Below are positions 47,441-57,939 of a stretch of DNA of 64,000 nt, piece after piece. The position numbers were made by a program, and so were the translations under genes. Each line of letters begins with the position of its first letter. The stretch's first letter is position 1. This stretch comes from an uncultured Candidatus Saccharibacteria bacterium (GTDB lineage Bacteria; Patescibacteriota; Minisyncoccia; UBA6257): contig CAYZJA010000002.1 of assembly GCA_964479005.1 (NCBI GenBank), positions 160,001-224,000 of the forward strand. Direction: 5' to 3'. The notes under the pieces were generated by a model. It worked only from the letters and a program-made list of their open reading frames with translations, did no database searches and was not told the origin of the DNA.

Positions 47441-49783
47441 ATGTCTTTATTAGATATTTTTTTTCCTGATTCCAGTATTCGTTATCAAAAGCAAAAAGCA
47501 AATGTTATTGCTGAGATTAACGAAAAAGAGAAAGAGATTCATCAATTATCTCAAGAAGAATTTTCTAAAAGAATTAATGAATTAAAAAAAGAAGTTGAAC
47601 AAGAAGCTTTTTTAGATAAAATTCTTCCAGAGGTTTTTTCTTTAACACGGGAAGCAAGTTTACGCACTTTAAAGCAACGGCATTTTGATGTTCAGCTATT
47701 GGGTGGTATTGGATTACATGAAGGAAAGATAATTGAAATGAAAACCGGTGAAGGTAAAACCTTGGCTGCTACTTTGCCAGTAGTATTAAATGCTATAGAA
47801 GACAAGGGTGTGCATGTTGTTACTGTTAATGATTATTTGTCCAAAAGAGATACTGTTTGGATGGGACAGATTTATCATTATTTAGGATTAACAGTAGGAT
47901 GCTTAAGTCATAATACAGCCTATATTTATGATCCTAAATACAAATTAGAAAACCAAAAAGAAAAAGAAGAATTGGATCGGAAAAGGGATGAATTAGGTGG
48001 ATTTAAAGTATTTGAAGAATTTTTGCGCCCTGTGGATAGAAAAGAAGCGTATTTGGCAGATATTACCTATGGAACTAATACTGAATTTGGATTTGATTAT
48101 TTGCGCGATCACCTGGCTTATTCTTTAAAAGAAAGAGTTCAGAGAGGACATCATTATGTTATTATTGATGAAGTTGACAGTGTTTTAATTGACGAAGCCA
48201 GAACTCCGCTTATTATATCTGTGCCAGACCAACAAGCGGCAAAATTATATCAGGAGTTCACCCAAATAGTCCCAAAGCTTAAAAAAGATTGGGATTTTAT
48301 AATAGATAAAAAAGACAAATCAGTAAATTTAACAGAAGAAGGGCTTGATAAAGTAGAAAAGATTTTTGGGTTTAATATTTTTGACGAGAAAGGATTATTA
48401 TATGTGCATCATTTAGAAACAGCTTTGAAGGCTAATTATCTTTTTTTAAAAGACCGTGATTATTTGGTAAAAGATGGAAAAGTAATGATTATTGATGAAT
48501 TTACAGGTCGGCTTTTGCCTGGACGAAGATATTCTGGCGGACTTCATCAGGCTTTAGAAGCAAAAGAGAGGGTTCAAATAGAAAAAGAAAGTAGGACAGT
48601 GGCGACAATTACTTTGCAAAATTATTTTCGTATGTATAAAAAACTATCAGGAATGACTGGAACTGCTTTCACTTCAGCAGAAGAATTTAAAAAAGTTTAT
48701 AACGCAGAAGTTATAGTTGTCCCAACTAACAAGCTAATGATAAGAAAAGGCTTGCCTGATAGAATTTATGGCACAGAAGAAGGCAAATTAAAAGCTATTG
48801 CCAGAGAAGTAAAAGAAAGAAATGAAAAAGGTCAGCCAATATTAATCGGAACTCCTTCAGTGGAGAAAAATGAATTATTAAGCTTATATTTAAAAAGAGA
48901 AGGCGTTTCCCATAATATTTTAAATGCTAAAAACAATGAAAAAGAAGGGGAAATAATTGCTCAAGCTGGTAGATTAAATACTGTTACAGTGGCTACTAAT
49001 ATGGCTGGTCGAGGGGTAGATATCGTTTTAGGTGGTAATCCTCCTGACGAGGAACAAAAAGTAAAAGTTTTAGAATTAGGCGGCCTTTATGTTTTAGCAA
49101 CTGAACGGCATGAAGCCAGGCGAATTGACAATCAGTTGAGAGGAAGATCTGGCCGACAAGGAGACCCAGGTTCTTCGCAGTTTTTTATTTCTCTGGAAGA
49201 TGATTTAATGCGTGTTTTTGCTCCAAAATATTTATCTGGTATGATGAAAAAATTAGGATGGCCAGAAGACGAGCCAATTGAACATAAAATGGTTACCAAG
49301 GCGATAGAAATGTCCCAATCAAAAATTGAAGGATTTTATTTTGATATTAGAAAACATATCTTGGAATATGATGATGTTATTAATAAACAACGAGCGGCGT
49401 TTTATAAAATAAGAGACGAAGTATTAGAAAAAGCTGAGGGCAACAAATTAAAAGATTATATAATAAATCTTTTCTTGGAGATAAACGAAAAATTCCCAGA
49501 AAGAGATTTTCAAGAAAAAGTGTCTGTTGTTGAAGAAGAAAAACTACAGGAAATATTAAAAGCTGTTTCCTTAAGATTGTTAGACACTTTATGGCTGGAA
49601 CATATTGAGAAAATGGAATTTTTGCGGGACGCTACATCTCTTCGGGCTTATGGGGGGAAAGATTCTTTAGTGGAATACAAGAAAGAGAGTTATTATTTTT
49701 ATAAAGAGTTAGAGCAGAGATTTAAAGCATTACTTGTAAATAATGTTAAAAAGATACTTTCAACAGAGATAAAGGTGAAGTAA
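47441..49783 (+). CDS. secA: Preprotein translocase ATPase SecA.
   Basis: DEAD-like motor with Walker A MKTGEGKTL, DEVDSVLIDEARTPLIIS and GRQGDPG motifs. Confidence 0.95.
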   Translation: MSLLDIFFPDSSIRYQKQKANVIAEINEKEKEIHQLSQEEFSKRINELKKEVEQEAFLDKILPEVFSLTREASLRTLKQRHFDVQLLGGIGLHEGKIIEMKTGEGKTLAATLPVVLNAIEDKGVHVVTVNDYLSKRDTVWMGQIYHYLGLTVGCLSHNTAYIYDPKYKLENQKEKEELDRKRDELGGFKVFEEFLRPVDRKEAYLADITYGTNTEFGFDYLRDHLAYSLKERVQRGHHYVIIDEVDSVLIDEARTPLIISVPDQQAAKLYQEFTQIVPKLKKDWDFIIDKKDKSVNLTEEGLDKVEKIFGFNIFDEKGLLYVHHLETALKANYLFLKDRDYLVKDGKVMIIDEFTGRLLPGRRYSGGLHQALEAKERVQIEKESRTVATITLQNYFRMYKKLSGMTGTAFTSAEEFKKVYNAEVIVVPTNKLMIRKGLPDRIYGTEEGKLKAIAREVKERNEKGQPILIGTPSVEKNELLSLYLKREGVSHNILNAKNNEKEGEIIAQAGRLNTVTVATNMAGRGVDIVLGGNPPDEEQKVKVLELGGLYVLATERHEARRIDNQLRGRSGRQGDPGSSQFFISLEDDLMRVFAPKYLSGMMKKLGWPEDEPIEHKMVTKAIEMSQSKIEGFYFDIRKHILEYDDVINKQRAAFYKIRDEVLEKAEGNKLKDYIINLFLEINEKFPERDFQEKVSVVEEEKLQEILKAVSLRLLDTLWLEHIEKMEFLRDATSLRAYGGKDSLVEYKKESYYFYKELEQRFKALLVNNVKKILSTEIKVK

Positions 49784-49784
49784 T

Positions 49785-50480
49785 ATGTATAATGTTTCTA
49801 CCCAACAATTTACTGGGCCATTAGACCTTCTTTTGCAATTGGTAGAAAAGAAAAATTTGGAAATTACTGAAATTTCTTTGGCTCAAGTCACTCAGGATTA
49901 TATGAATTACGTTGGCGATCAAACATTGGTTCATCCTGAGGAATTAGCGGATTTTTTAGTTATTGCCTCTACGCTTCTTTTGATAAAATCAAAATCTCTC
50001 CTACCAACATTAGAACTGGAAACCGAGGAGCAAGAAGAGATCTTAGATTTAGAAAATCGCCTTCAATTATACAAAGTATATAAAGAACAAGGGGTAAAAA
50101 TGTATGAATTATGGAATAAGCATTCTTATCTTTTTATCCGTCCACCTTGGAAAGACACAGAAGTTAAATTTTCTCCGTCCAAAAATCTTTCCCTTTCTTC
50201 TTTGCCCCAATCTTTTAAAAAGATTTTAGAATCTTTTGAAGAAGAAATTCCTCTTAAAGAAAAGAAAATAGTTAAAATAATGACGCTTAAACAAAGAATT
50301 AAAGGATTGGTTCAGAAGTTAACTCAAGGAAAAGATTATAGTTTGGAAGAATTAGTGCCTGATAAAAACAAAAGAATTGAATTAGTTCTCACATTTTTAG
50401 CGGTTCTTTATTTAGTTAAAGAAAATATAGTAAAAATAAAACAAGAGAAAAATTTTGGATCAATATGGATATCAAATTAA
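49785..50480 (+). CDS. scpA: Segregation and condensation protein A.
   Basis: ScpA N-terminal FTGPLDLLLQLV..EISLAQVT with scpB immediately downstream. Confidence 0.8.
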   Translation: MYNVSTQQFTGPLDLLLQLVEKKNLEITEISLAQVTQDYMNYVGDQTLVHPEELADFLVIASTLLLIKSKSLLPTLELETEEQEEILDLENRLQLYKVYKEQGVKMYELWNKHSYLFIRPPWKDTEVKFSPSKNLSLSSLPQSFKKILESFEEEIPLKEKKIVKIMTLKQRIKGLVQKLTQGKDYSLEELVPDKNKRIELVLTFLAVLYLVKENIVKIKQEKNFGSIWISN

Positions 50481-50995
50481 CAATAGAAAGTTTGCTTTTT
50501 GCTGCTGGGGAACCTCTTTCTGTAAAGAGGTTAAGTAAAATTATTAATGCAAAGGAAGAAAAAATAAAAGAAACCTTAAACGAATTAAAAGAAGAATTTC
50601 AAAATCAAAACAGAGGAATGAGATTGATTAATAAGAAGAGTACTAATAGAAATGAAGAATGGTTGATGGTTACAGCTCCAGAATCAGCTTCTTTTATTCA
50701 AAAATTAAAAAAGGAAGTTATTGAAGGGGATCTTAGTCCAGCCAGTCAGGAAACATTGGCAATTATAGCGTACAGAGGACCGATAACGCGCGCCAGTATA
50801 AATGAAATCAGAGGAGTGGATTCTAGCTACATACTTCATCAACTCCTTTTAAGAGGATTAATTGAACGGTCTATACATACTGAAAAATACAAAGCCTATC
50901 TTTACAATGTCTCTTTTGAGTTTCTTCAGCATTTAGGAATTAGTAATGTTCAGGAATTATCTCAATATGAAGAATTTAGTAAGAAAAATAGGTAG
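50465..50995 (+). CDS. scpB: Segregation and condensation protein B.
   Basis: Winged-helix ScpB blocks IESLLFAAGEPLS and TLAIIAYRGPITRASINEIRGV. Confidence 0.8.
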   Translation: MDIKLTIESLLFAAGEPLSVKRLSKIINAKEEKIKETLNELKEEFQNQNRGMRLINKKSTNRNEEWLMVTAPESASFIQKLKKEVIEGDLSPASQETLAIIAYRGPITRASINEIRGVDSSYILHQLLLRGLIERSIHTEKYKAYLYNVSFEFLQHLGISNVQELSQYEEFSKKNR

Positions 50996-51878
50996 GATCC
51001 ATTTTTTTTGGACGATTTTTGCTCTTTGTTTATTTTTAGTGATTTACGGCTTTCTTTTGGAACAGCAAAAAGAGAATTTATTAGTCAATGTTCCTTTTGA
51101 AATTAATAATCTTCATGATGATATAAGCGCTATCTCTTATCTTATCGGAGATGTTGGCTCAGGCAAATTATTGGCTAAAAAAAATGGAAACCTTCATTTT
51201 TTTTCCGCTTCTCTTAGTAAATTAATGGCGGCAATAATCGCTTTGGAGAATTTTTCTCCAGGTGAAGAAATTCTTATTAGTCCTTACGCAGTTAGCATTG
51301 AAGGAGAAGAGGGAGGATTGGTTGCTAATGAAAAGATCAGCGCAGGTGATTTATTAAAAATTCTTTTAATTTCTTCTTCCAATGATGCGGCCATTGCTTT
51401 TGAAGAAGCATTGGAGAAAAAAGATGGAAATTTTGTTGGCTTAATGAATCAAAAAGCTCGTGAATTTGGATTATTTAACAGCGCATTTTTTGATGCCAGC
51501 GGATTGGATAGAAAAGGAAATTTTACCAGTATTGAAGATTTGTTTAAGTTGAGCCGGAAAATTTATCAAGAACATCCATATATAGGGGAAATTACGAGAA
51601 TGGAAGAAGATATTGTTTATTCAATTGATAAAGAAACAATTCATAGCTTAAAAAATACTAATATTCTGGTTGGTGAAATTGATAATTTATGGGGCGGAAA
51701 AACAGGATCAACCCCTGAAGCGAAAGATTGCCTTTTAACTATTTATGAATTTTCTTTTCCTGAAAAAGATGATAAAATGGTTATATCAATTATAGTTTTA
51801 AATTCCTCAGATCATTTTGGGGATACAATGAAACTTTACGATTGGGTAAAACAGCAAATAGCAAATGACAAACAATAA
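50946..51878 (+). CDS. Serine-type D-Ala-D-Ala carboxypeptidase (peptidase S11 / PBP5-like).
   Basis: N-terminal TM/signal helix and the SxxK (SLSK), SxN (SSN) and KTG (GKTGST) motifs. Confidence 0.75.
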   Translation: MFRNYLNMKNLVRKIGRIHFFWTIFALCLFLVIYGFLLEQQKENLLVNVPFEINNLHDDISAISYLIGDVGSGKLLAKKNGNLHFFSASLSKLMAAIIALENFSPGEEILISPYAVSIEGEEGGLVANEKISAGDLLKILLISSSNDAAIAFEEALEKKDGNFVGLMNQKAREFGLFNSAFFDASGLDRKGNFTSIEDLFKLSRKIYQEHPYIGEITRMEEDIVYSIDKETIHSLKNTNILVGEIDNLWGGKTGSTPEAKDCLLTIYEFSFPEKDDKMVISIIVLNSSDHFGDTMKLYDWVKQQIANDKQ

Positions 51879-51887
51879 TAAGATTTT

Positions 51888-52946
51888 ATGATTTTTGCTT
51901 CTCCGGCTTTTCAAATTATTCGCATTTTATTTTTAGGTGTATTTTCTTCGGTTTTGACTGTTTTTTTAACCCCAATTCTTTCTCATTTTCTTTATAAATA
52001 TCATTTAGGAAAACAAATCCGCGAAGACAAAAATACTCCCGTATATACCTCTTTACATAAGAAAAAAGAAGGTACTCCAACTATGGGAGGTATTCTTATG
52101 TGGGGGTGCACATTAGTTGTTGCGTTTTTATTTTTTTGTTTTTCCAAAATAACCAATGGGTTTTTTGGAGCTTTAAATTTTCTTTCACGTTCTCAAACAT
52201 GGCTGCCATTAGGAGCAATGGCTGGGGCTGCTATTGTAGGTTTAGCTGATGATTTGCTGGGGATTTTTCATATCGGGATAAAGGGCGGAGGATTAAGGGT
52301 GAGAGAAAAAATCATTATTTATACTTCAATTTCTTTAATCGGCGCATGGTGGTTTTGGGCCAAGCTTGGAAGAGATGCGATATATATCCCTTTTTATGGA
52401 GAAGCGAGTTTGGGAGTTTGGTACATTCTTTTTTTTGTTTTTGTTTTAGTAGCTACTACGCTTTCTATGAATGAGACAGATGGATTGGATGGTTTGGCAG
52501 GCGGGATATCTTTAATCGGGTTTGTTTGTTTATTAATTGTTGCTTTTTCCCAAGGCATGTATAATTTAGCCGCTTTTCTTGGTGTGCTTATTGGGACTAT
52601 TGTAGCTTTTCTTTGGTTTAATGTTTACCCAGCTCGTTTTTTTATGGGTGATACTGGCGCTATGGCTCTGGGAATTACCATGGGTGTTGTGGCAATGATA
52701 ACTGATACGGTATTATTTCTTCCATTTTTCGCTTTTATTTTAGTTGTGGAGTCAATATCTGTAATAATTCAAAAAATTTACCGAAGGATAAAACATAAAA
52801 AACTTTTTCTTTCTTCTCCACTTCATCATCATTTTGAAGCCAAGGGTTGGCCAGAAACCAAAGTAACAATGCGTTTCTGGCTCATTTCTGGTGTGGTTGC
52901 CGCTTTTGGTTTGGCCCTATACTTTCTTGATGTTTTTTTGGTATAA
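51888..52946 (+). CDS. mraY: Phospho-N-acetylmuramoyl-pentapeptide transferase.
   Basis: 10-TM protein with MraY blocks TPTMGG, DDxxG (ADDLLG) and NETDGLDGLAGG. Confidence 0.85.
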   Translation: MIFASPAFQIIRILFLGVFSSVLTVFLTPILSHFLYKYHLGKQIREDKNTPVYTSLHKKKEGTPTMGGILMWGCTLVVAFLFFCFSKITNGFFGALNFLSRSQTWLPLGAMAGAAIVGLADDLLGIFHIGIKGGGLRVREKIIIYTSISLIGAWWFWAKLGRDAIYIPFYGEASLGVWYILFFVFVLVATTLSMNETDGLDGLAGGISLIGFVCLLIVAFSQGMYNLAAFLGVLIGTIVAFLWFNVYPARFFMGDTGAMALGITMGVVAMITDTVLFLPFFAFILVVESISVIIQKIYRRIKHKKLFLSSPLHHHFEAKGWPETKVTMRFWLISGVVAAFGLALYFLDVFLV

Positions 52947-53008
52947 TATATGGGGATAGCTTGAAAAATTATATATAAAGAGTTAAAATTGAATTAAATA
53001 CAAAGGTT

Positions 53009-53062
53009 CGGAGAATTGTTCAAAAACACGCTAATCGCTACGGTTTTTTCAACAATTCCTCC
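53009..53062 (+). terminator. A-tract-stem-U-tract hairpin after mraY, probably an intrinsic terminator.
   Basis: ggagaattgttcaaaaa ... ttttttcaacaattcctcc with a ~17-nt loop. Confidence 0.5.
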
Positions 53063-53123
53063 TCACCTTATTGCTTAATAGTTTTAAAAATTAAAAATTG
53101 GAAATTAAAAATTATTAAAACGT

Positions 53124-54194
53124 ATGCCCATTGATTATCAAAATAAATTAGCAGAATTAATGATTTTAGCTGCTCAACAAGGAGCGTCTGATTTGCATTT
53201 AAGTGTAGGCAAACATCCAACTGTAAGAATTGACGGGAACTTAGTGCCAGTTTCCAATGAACCAATTTTAACTCCAGAAATGACAGCCGGTTTAATCGGA
53301 GCTTTATTAACAACAGACCAACAGGAAAATTTGATTACTGAAAAAGAAATTGATTTTGCCTTTTCCTATGAAGACAAGATTCGTTTTAGGATTAATGTTT
53401 ATTTCCAAAAAGGGTATCTTTCTGCTGCCTTGAGGTTAATCCCTGTAAACATTAGAACAGTTGAAGAATTAAATTTGCCTCCAGTGCTTCATGAATTTAC
53501 TAAATCTCAGCAGGGATTTTTCTTGGCAGTAGGGCCTGCTGGACATGGAAAAACAACTACATTAGCCGCTTTAATAGATGAAATCAATCATAAAAGAATG
53601 GAACATATTCTTACGATTGAAGATCCAATCGAATATGCCTTTATTCAGGACAGGGCGTTAATTGATCAAAGGGAAGTTGGGACCGATACATTAAGTTTTC
53701 ATCGCGGATTGCGTTCAGTGCTTCGTCAGGATCCTGATGTGATTATGATTGGAGAGATGCGCGATCCTGAATCTATATCAATTGCTTTAACAGCTGCAGA
53801 AACCGGGCATTTAGTTTTTTCTACCTTGCATACTAATTCTGTTAGCCAAACAATAGATCGAATTGTAGATAGTTTTCCAGGATCCCAGCAAGGGCAAATT
53901 CGTTCTCAGTTAGCTACCACCTTGATAGGAATTGTCTCACAAAGGCTTATTCCAAGAATTGCCGGTGGTAGAATTCCTGCTTGTGAAATAATGTTTGTTA
54001 ATTCCGCTATAAAAAATCTTATTCGTGAAAAGAAGACTTATCAAATTGATTTAGTTATTGATACAAGCGTCCAAGAGGGAATGACGTCATTAAATCGTTC
54101 TTTGGTAGAGTTGGTTCGCAAAAGAGAAATTTCTTTGGAATCAGCAGAAACTTATTCATTAAATCCTTCAGAATTAAGGCAACTACTTGGATAA
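53124..54194 (+). CDS. pilT: Type IV pilus retraction ATPase PilT.
   Basis: 356 aa, Walker A GPAGHGKTTT, then EDPIEY, and Asp/His boxes typical of PilT (shorter than PilB). Confidence 0.8.
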   Translation: MPIDYQNKLAELMILAAQQGASDLHLSVGKHPTVRIDGNLVPVSNEPILTPEMTAGLIGALLTTDQQENLITEKEIDFAFSYEDKIRFRINVYFQKGYLSAALRLIPVNIRTVEELNLPPVLHEFTKSQQGFFLAVGPAGHGKTTTLAALIDEINHKRMEHILTIEDPIEYAFIQDRALIDQREVGTDTLSFHRGLRSVLRQDPDVIMIGEMRDPESISIALTAAETGHLVFSTLHTNSVSQTIDRIVDSFPGSQQGQIRSQLATTLIGIVSQRLIPRIAGGRIPACEIMFVNSAIKNLIREKKTYQIDLVIDTSVQEGMTSLNRSLVELVRKREISLESAETYSLNPSELRQLLG

Positions 54195-55404
54195 TATGAA
54201 ATTTATTTATAGAGCCAAAGACAAACAAGGAAATGTCCGTACGGGAAGAGTTGAAGCCCGTTCTTTAGATACCGCAATTGGTATTCTTCAGGGCTATGAT
54301 TTGATTGTTTTAGAAATTTCACCTGAAAAGAAGGTTACTATTTTTGATGAAATTTTTGGTAGAAAGGCGCGTATTTCAAAAAAAGATTTGGCGATTTTTA
54401 TGCGTCAGTTTGCCACTTTATTAGAATCACAAGTTCCTTTGGGAGAAGCCCTAAGAACTCTTTATCTTCAAGCAGCTACTCCTGCTATTAAGGATTTGGT
54501 TTTTGATTTAGTATCAGATTTAGATTCTGGCTTGCCTCTTTCCAAGTCAATAGAAAAGAAAAGTGATATATTTGGAGAATTTTATATGCAAATGATAAAA
54601 TCAGGCGAAATATCCGGTCGATTGGAGGAAGTTTTATCTTATTTAGCTGATTATGCTGAGCATGAATATGATTTAATAAATAAAACAAAATCCGCTGCTG
54701 CTTATCCAATATTTTTATTTGGAACTTTTTTGTTAGTATCTGTTGTAATTACTGTTGCTTTGGCTCCTCAAATGATTTCTATTTTTGAAGAATTTGGGGC
54801 AACTCCTCCATTAGGGACAAAAATTTTAATTTTTATTGGGGAATTTTTCAGAAGCTGGGGTATTTTAGCAGCAGTTCTTGTCTTGGGAATGATTTGGTTT
54901 TTGATAAATTATTTTCGTTCTACTGAAGGAAGAAGGATTGGTGGCGTGTATATTTTAAAAATTCCTATATTGGGGGAAATCTATAAAAAGATATTTATTT
55001 CTCGTTTTTGTGAGACAGCTGGAACTTTAATCCATGGAGGTATTCCTGTAGTTACCGCTTTTCAAGTTGCTGGGGATGCTACTGGTAATTATACTTACCA
55101 AAAGATTGGATATAAAGTGGCTGAGGCTGTAAAAGAAGGTAAGAGCATAAGCAGTATTTTAAAAAAATATTATGAATATTTGCCGCCATTAGTTAGCCAA
55201 ATGGTAGCTGTTGGGGAAGGAACTGGTCGTTTGGATTCAATTTTAAAAAAAGTGGCCGGTTATTTTCAAAAAGAAGTGGATAGGGCTTTTAGTACGATGA
55301 TTGATTTATTACAGCCAATTTTAGTGGTAATAATAGGTATCTTGGTGGCATTTCTGGTGTCGGCAGTTTTGCTTCCAATATATCAGTTAGCCCAAAGTGT
55401 ATAA
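54187..55404 (+). CDS. pilC: Type IV pilus platform protein PilC (GspF family).
   Basis: 405 aa with two GspF-like repeats and 3 TM segments. Confidence 0.8.
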   Translation: MDNMKFIYRAKDKQGNVRTGRVEARSLDTAIGILQGYDLIVLEISPEKKVTIFDEIFGRKARISKKDLAIFMRQFATLLESQVPLGEALRTLYLQAATPAIKDLVFDLVSDLDSGLPLSKSIEKKSDIFGEFYMQMIKSGEISGRLEEVLSYLADYAEHEYDLINKTKSAAAYPIFLFGTFLLVSVVITVALAPQMISIFEEFGATPPLGTKILIFIGEFFRSWGILAAVLVLGMIWFLINYFRSTEGRRIGGVYILKIPILGEIYKKIFISRFCETAGTLIHGGIPVVTAFQVAGDATGNYTYQKIGYKVAEAVKEGKSISSILKKYYEYLPPLVSQMVAVGEGTGRLDSILKKVAGYFQKEVDRAFSTMIDLLQPILVVIIGILVAFLVSAVLLPIYQLAQSV

Positions 55405-55439
55405 ATAACAAATAACAATTAATAAATAATAAAAAAACA

Positions 55440-55892
55440 ATGAAAAAATATAGGAAAGGTTTTACTCTAATTGAAATGTTAATAGTAATAACTATTATCG
55501 CTCTTTTAGCCTCCTTGATTTTAGTAGGAATGGGCGGGGCTAGGGCAAAAACCAGAGATTCAAGGAGGATAGCAGATTTGCATAATGTTATGAATGCTTT
55601 AGAACTTTATTATGCTAAAGATTATTCTTATCCTGATGCTAGTAACTGGGATGGTTTAATAACTGCTTTAACTACTGGAGGCATTGGTGTTACACGAGTT
55701 CCTAAGGATCCTCTATCACCCAATAAAACTTATGAATATGGAGTATCAGGAGATAATCAAGATTATGTATTAAAGGCCGCTTTAGAAACAGAAGATCATA
55801 CTTTAGATGATGATATTGATGGCTCTGTTTATGGATTAGATTGTGGCAGTGGTGGTTCTAGTACTGATGAGTTTTATTGTATCCGACCATAA
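55440..55892 (+). CDS. Type IV (major) pilin with a class III signal peptide.
   Basis: KGFTLIEMLIVITII (prepilin cleavage/methylation site G|FTLIE) and a C-terminal Cys pair (C136, C148) for a disulfide loop. Confidence 0.8.
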   Translation: MKKYRKGFTLIEMLIVITIIALLASLILVGMGGARAKTRDSRRIADLHNVMNALELYYAKDYSYPDASNWDGLITALTTGGIGVTRVPKDPLSPNKTYEYGVSGDNQDYVLKAALETEDHTLDDDIDGSVYGLDCGSGGSSTDEFYCIRP

Positions 55893-55904
55893 TAAATAAT
55901 ATTA

Positions 55905-56801
55905 ATGATATTTCCATTGACCTTTTTGGTTTTTATTTTTGGAACCATAATTGGCAGTTTTTTAAATGTTGTCATTGATAGAGCTGATATGAAAGAGTCC
56001 CCTGTAAAGGGGCATTCTTTTTGTCCTTATTGTCATAAGATTCTATTTTGGTGGGAATTGATTCCAGTTTTTAGTTTTTTTGCGCTAAAAGGCAAATGTT
56101 TTTCTTGCAAGCATAAACTTTCTTGGCAATACCCTTTAGTGGAAGTGGGAACAGGTTTGTCTTTTGTGTTTCTTTTTTGGCGTTTTTTCCGTTTTCCATT
56201 TGTAAATTTTTCTTTATTGCAAAATATTACTTTTGAGAATTTGTTTATTTTTCTTACTTTCTTTATTTGGTTGTACTGGATTGCTGTTTTAATTATCATT
56301 TCTGTCTATGATTTTAAAAAATATTTGATTTTAAATGAAGTATTAATTCCGGCAATAATTTTTAGTTTTTTTTGGAAAATAATCTTGGGGTTTTTAATCC
56401 AGAAAGAATTTTTTTATTTTATTCCATATCTCACTCATTTTCTAGGTGAAAAAAGTTTTATTTTTGGTTACTATTCATATTTTATTTGTATGTTTTTTGG
56501 AATCATTTTTGCATGCGGAATTATTTCTTTCTTGGTATGGGCAACTAAAGAGAAAGCTATGGGATGGGGTGATGCTATTTTAGCTTTGTTTTTAGGCATT
56601 ATTTTAGGATGGCCAGAAGTATTAGTAGCATTCATCATTGCTTTTTTATCAGGAGGAGTTGTGGCTTTAACGCTTCTTTTTTTAAAGAGAAAAACCATGA
56701 AAAGCTATCTTCCATTTGCGCCATTTTTATCTTTTGGAGCCCTGACAGTTATGTTTTTTGGTGATATAATAATAGAGAGGTATTTATCGCTGTTGTTTTA
56801 G
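55905..56801 (+). CDS. pilD: Prepilin peptidase (A24 family) PilD.
   Basis: N-terminal CxxC..CxxC zinc-binding region and the polytopic A24 peptidase domain. Confidence 0.8.
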   Translation: MIFPLTFLVFIFGTIIGSFLNVVIDRADMKESPVKGHSFCPYCHKILFWWELIPVFSFFALKGKCFSCKHKLSWQYPLVEVGTGLSFVFLFWRFFRFPFVNFSLLQNITFENLFIFLTFFIWLYWIAVLIIISVYDFKKYLILNEVLIPAIIFSFFWKIILGFLIQKEFFYFIPYLTHFLGEKSFIFGYYSYFICMFFGIIFACGIISFLVWATKEKAMGWGDAILALFLGIILGWPEVLVAFIIAFLSGGVVALTLLFLKRKTMKSYLPFAPFLSFGALTVMFFGDIIIERYLSLLF

Positions 56802-56820
56802 CAAGTATTTCCTCTAAATT

Positions 56821-57378
56821 ATGAAATTAAAAATTACAAAACTCAAAAGCAGGGCCTTTACTCTTATTGAAATGTTGGTAACTTTAGGGATTATTACAGC
56901 GTTGTGTTCTATGATTTTGGTTTATTCAAGAAAAAGCGAAACCGTTAGTAATCTTATACGCGAAGGCGACCATGTAGCATTTGAATTACGAAGAGCTCAA
57001 AGTCAGGCAATGTTAGTATTGCAACAAGGTTCTGGTAGTGAGCAAATTTGCGGTTGGGGGATTTATTTAGACCAAACAAATCTTCCACAAGAGCAATTCT
57101 TATTATTTGCAGATTTATGTTTACCAGATCAATCAATAGGAAATGAAAAATATGATCCAGATGAAGAAGTTGAAATAATTTCTCTTTTAAAAGGGGTGGA
57201 AATTTTTGAAAGCAATATTTCTTCTATTGCATTTATTCCTCCAGAGCCGAGAATAAAATTTTATCCTGATTTAAATGATGGGACTAATGCAAGTATTAAA
57301 ATTCAATTAAAGAACCAACCTGGAGCATATTACGAAATACAAGTTTCTGAAGCAGGACAAATTTATAAAGAATTATAA
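56821..57378 (+). CDS. Pseudopilin / minor pilin (prepilin-type N-terminal domain).
   Basis: RAFTLIEMLVTLGII class III signal. Confidence 0.7.
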   Translation: MKLKITKLKSRAFTLIEMLVTLGIITALCSMILVYSRKSETVSNLIREGDHVAFELRRAQSQAMLVLQQGSGSEQICGWGIYLDQTNLPQEQFLLFADLCLPDQSIGNEKYDPDEEVEIISLLKGVEIFESNISSIAFIPPEPRIKFYPDLNDGTNASIKIQLKNQPGAYYEIQVSEAGQIYKEL

Positions 57379-57383
57379 AGAAT

Positions 57384-57908
57384 ATGATAAAAAAAAGACA
57401 AAAAGCTTTCACTCTTATTGAGGTTTTAATTGCTATTACGATTTTGATTATTGGAATTCTTTCCGCGTTTATTCTTGTTACAAGAGCTCTTTATAACGTT
57501 GCTGTTATTAAGGATAGATTAACAGCCAGTTTTTTAGCTCAAGAGGGAATAGAATTAACGCGGCAAATTAGAGACTCTAATTTTTTACGTATGCTTGGTG
57601 AAGAATCTGCAGGCTGGGAAGATGGACTAGAAGATGGTACATATATCATTGAGTCAAAAGTTGATAGCGAAGAGTCTATAAAATTAGTTCCTATTGCAGA
57701 AGACGAAAATCGTTTTTTCCTTTATAATGATACTCTTAAAATCTATAATTATAGTACTGGAGAACCAACGACTTTTAATAGGAAAATAAAAATTACAACT
57801 ATTAATAATGATGAAATTCGTGTAGAGGCTATAATGCAATGGAAAACCAAAAGAATTGATTTTGATTTAACTGTTGAAGACCATTTATATAATTGGCTAA
57901 AACTGTGA
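57384..57908 (+). CDS. Pseudopilin / minor pilin.
   Basis: KAFTLIEVLIAITIL class III signal. Confidence 0.7.
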   Translation: MIKKRQKAFTLIEVLIAITILIIGILSAFILVTRALYNVAVIKDRLTASFLAQEGIELTRQIRDSNFLRMLGEESAGWEDGLEDGTYIIESKVDSEESIKLVPIAEDENRFFLYNDTLKIYNYSTGEPTTFNRKIKITTINNDEIRVEAIMQWKTKRIDFDLTVEDHLYNWLKL

Positions 57909-57939
57909 ATAACAAACAAATAACAGGAAATAATAAACA

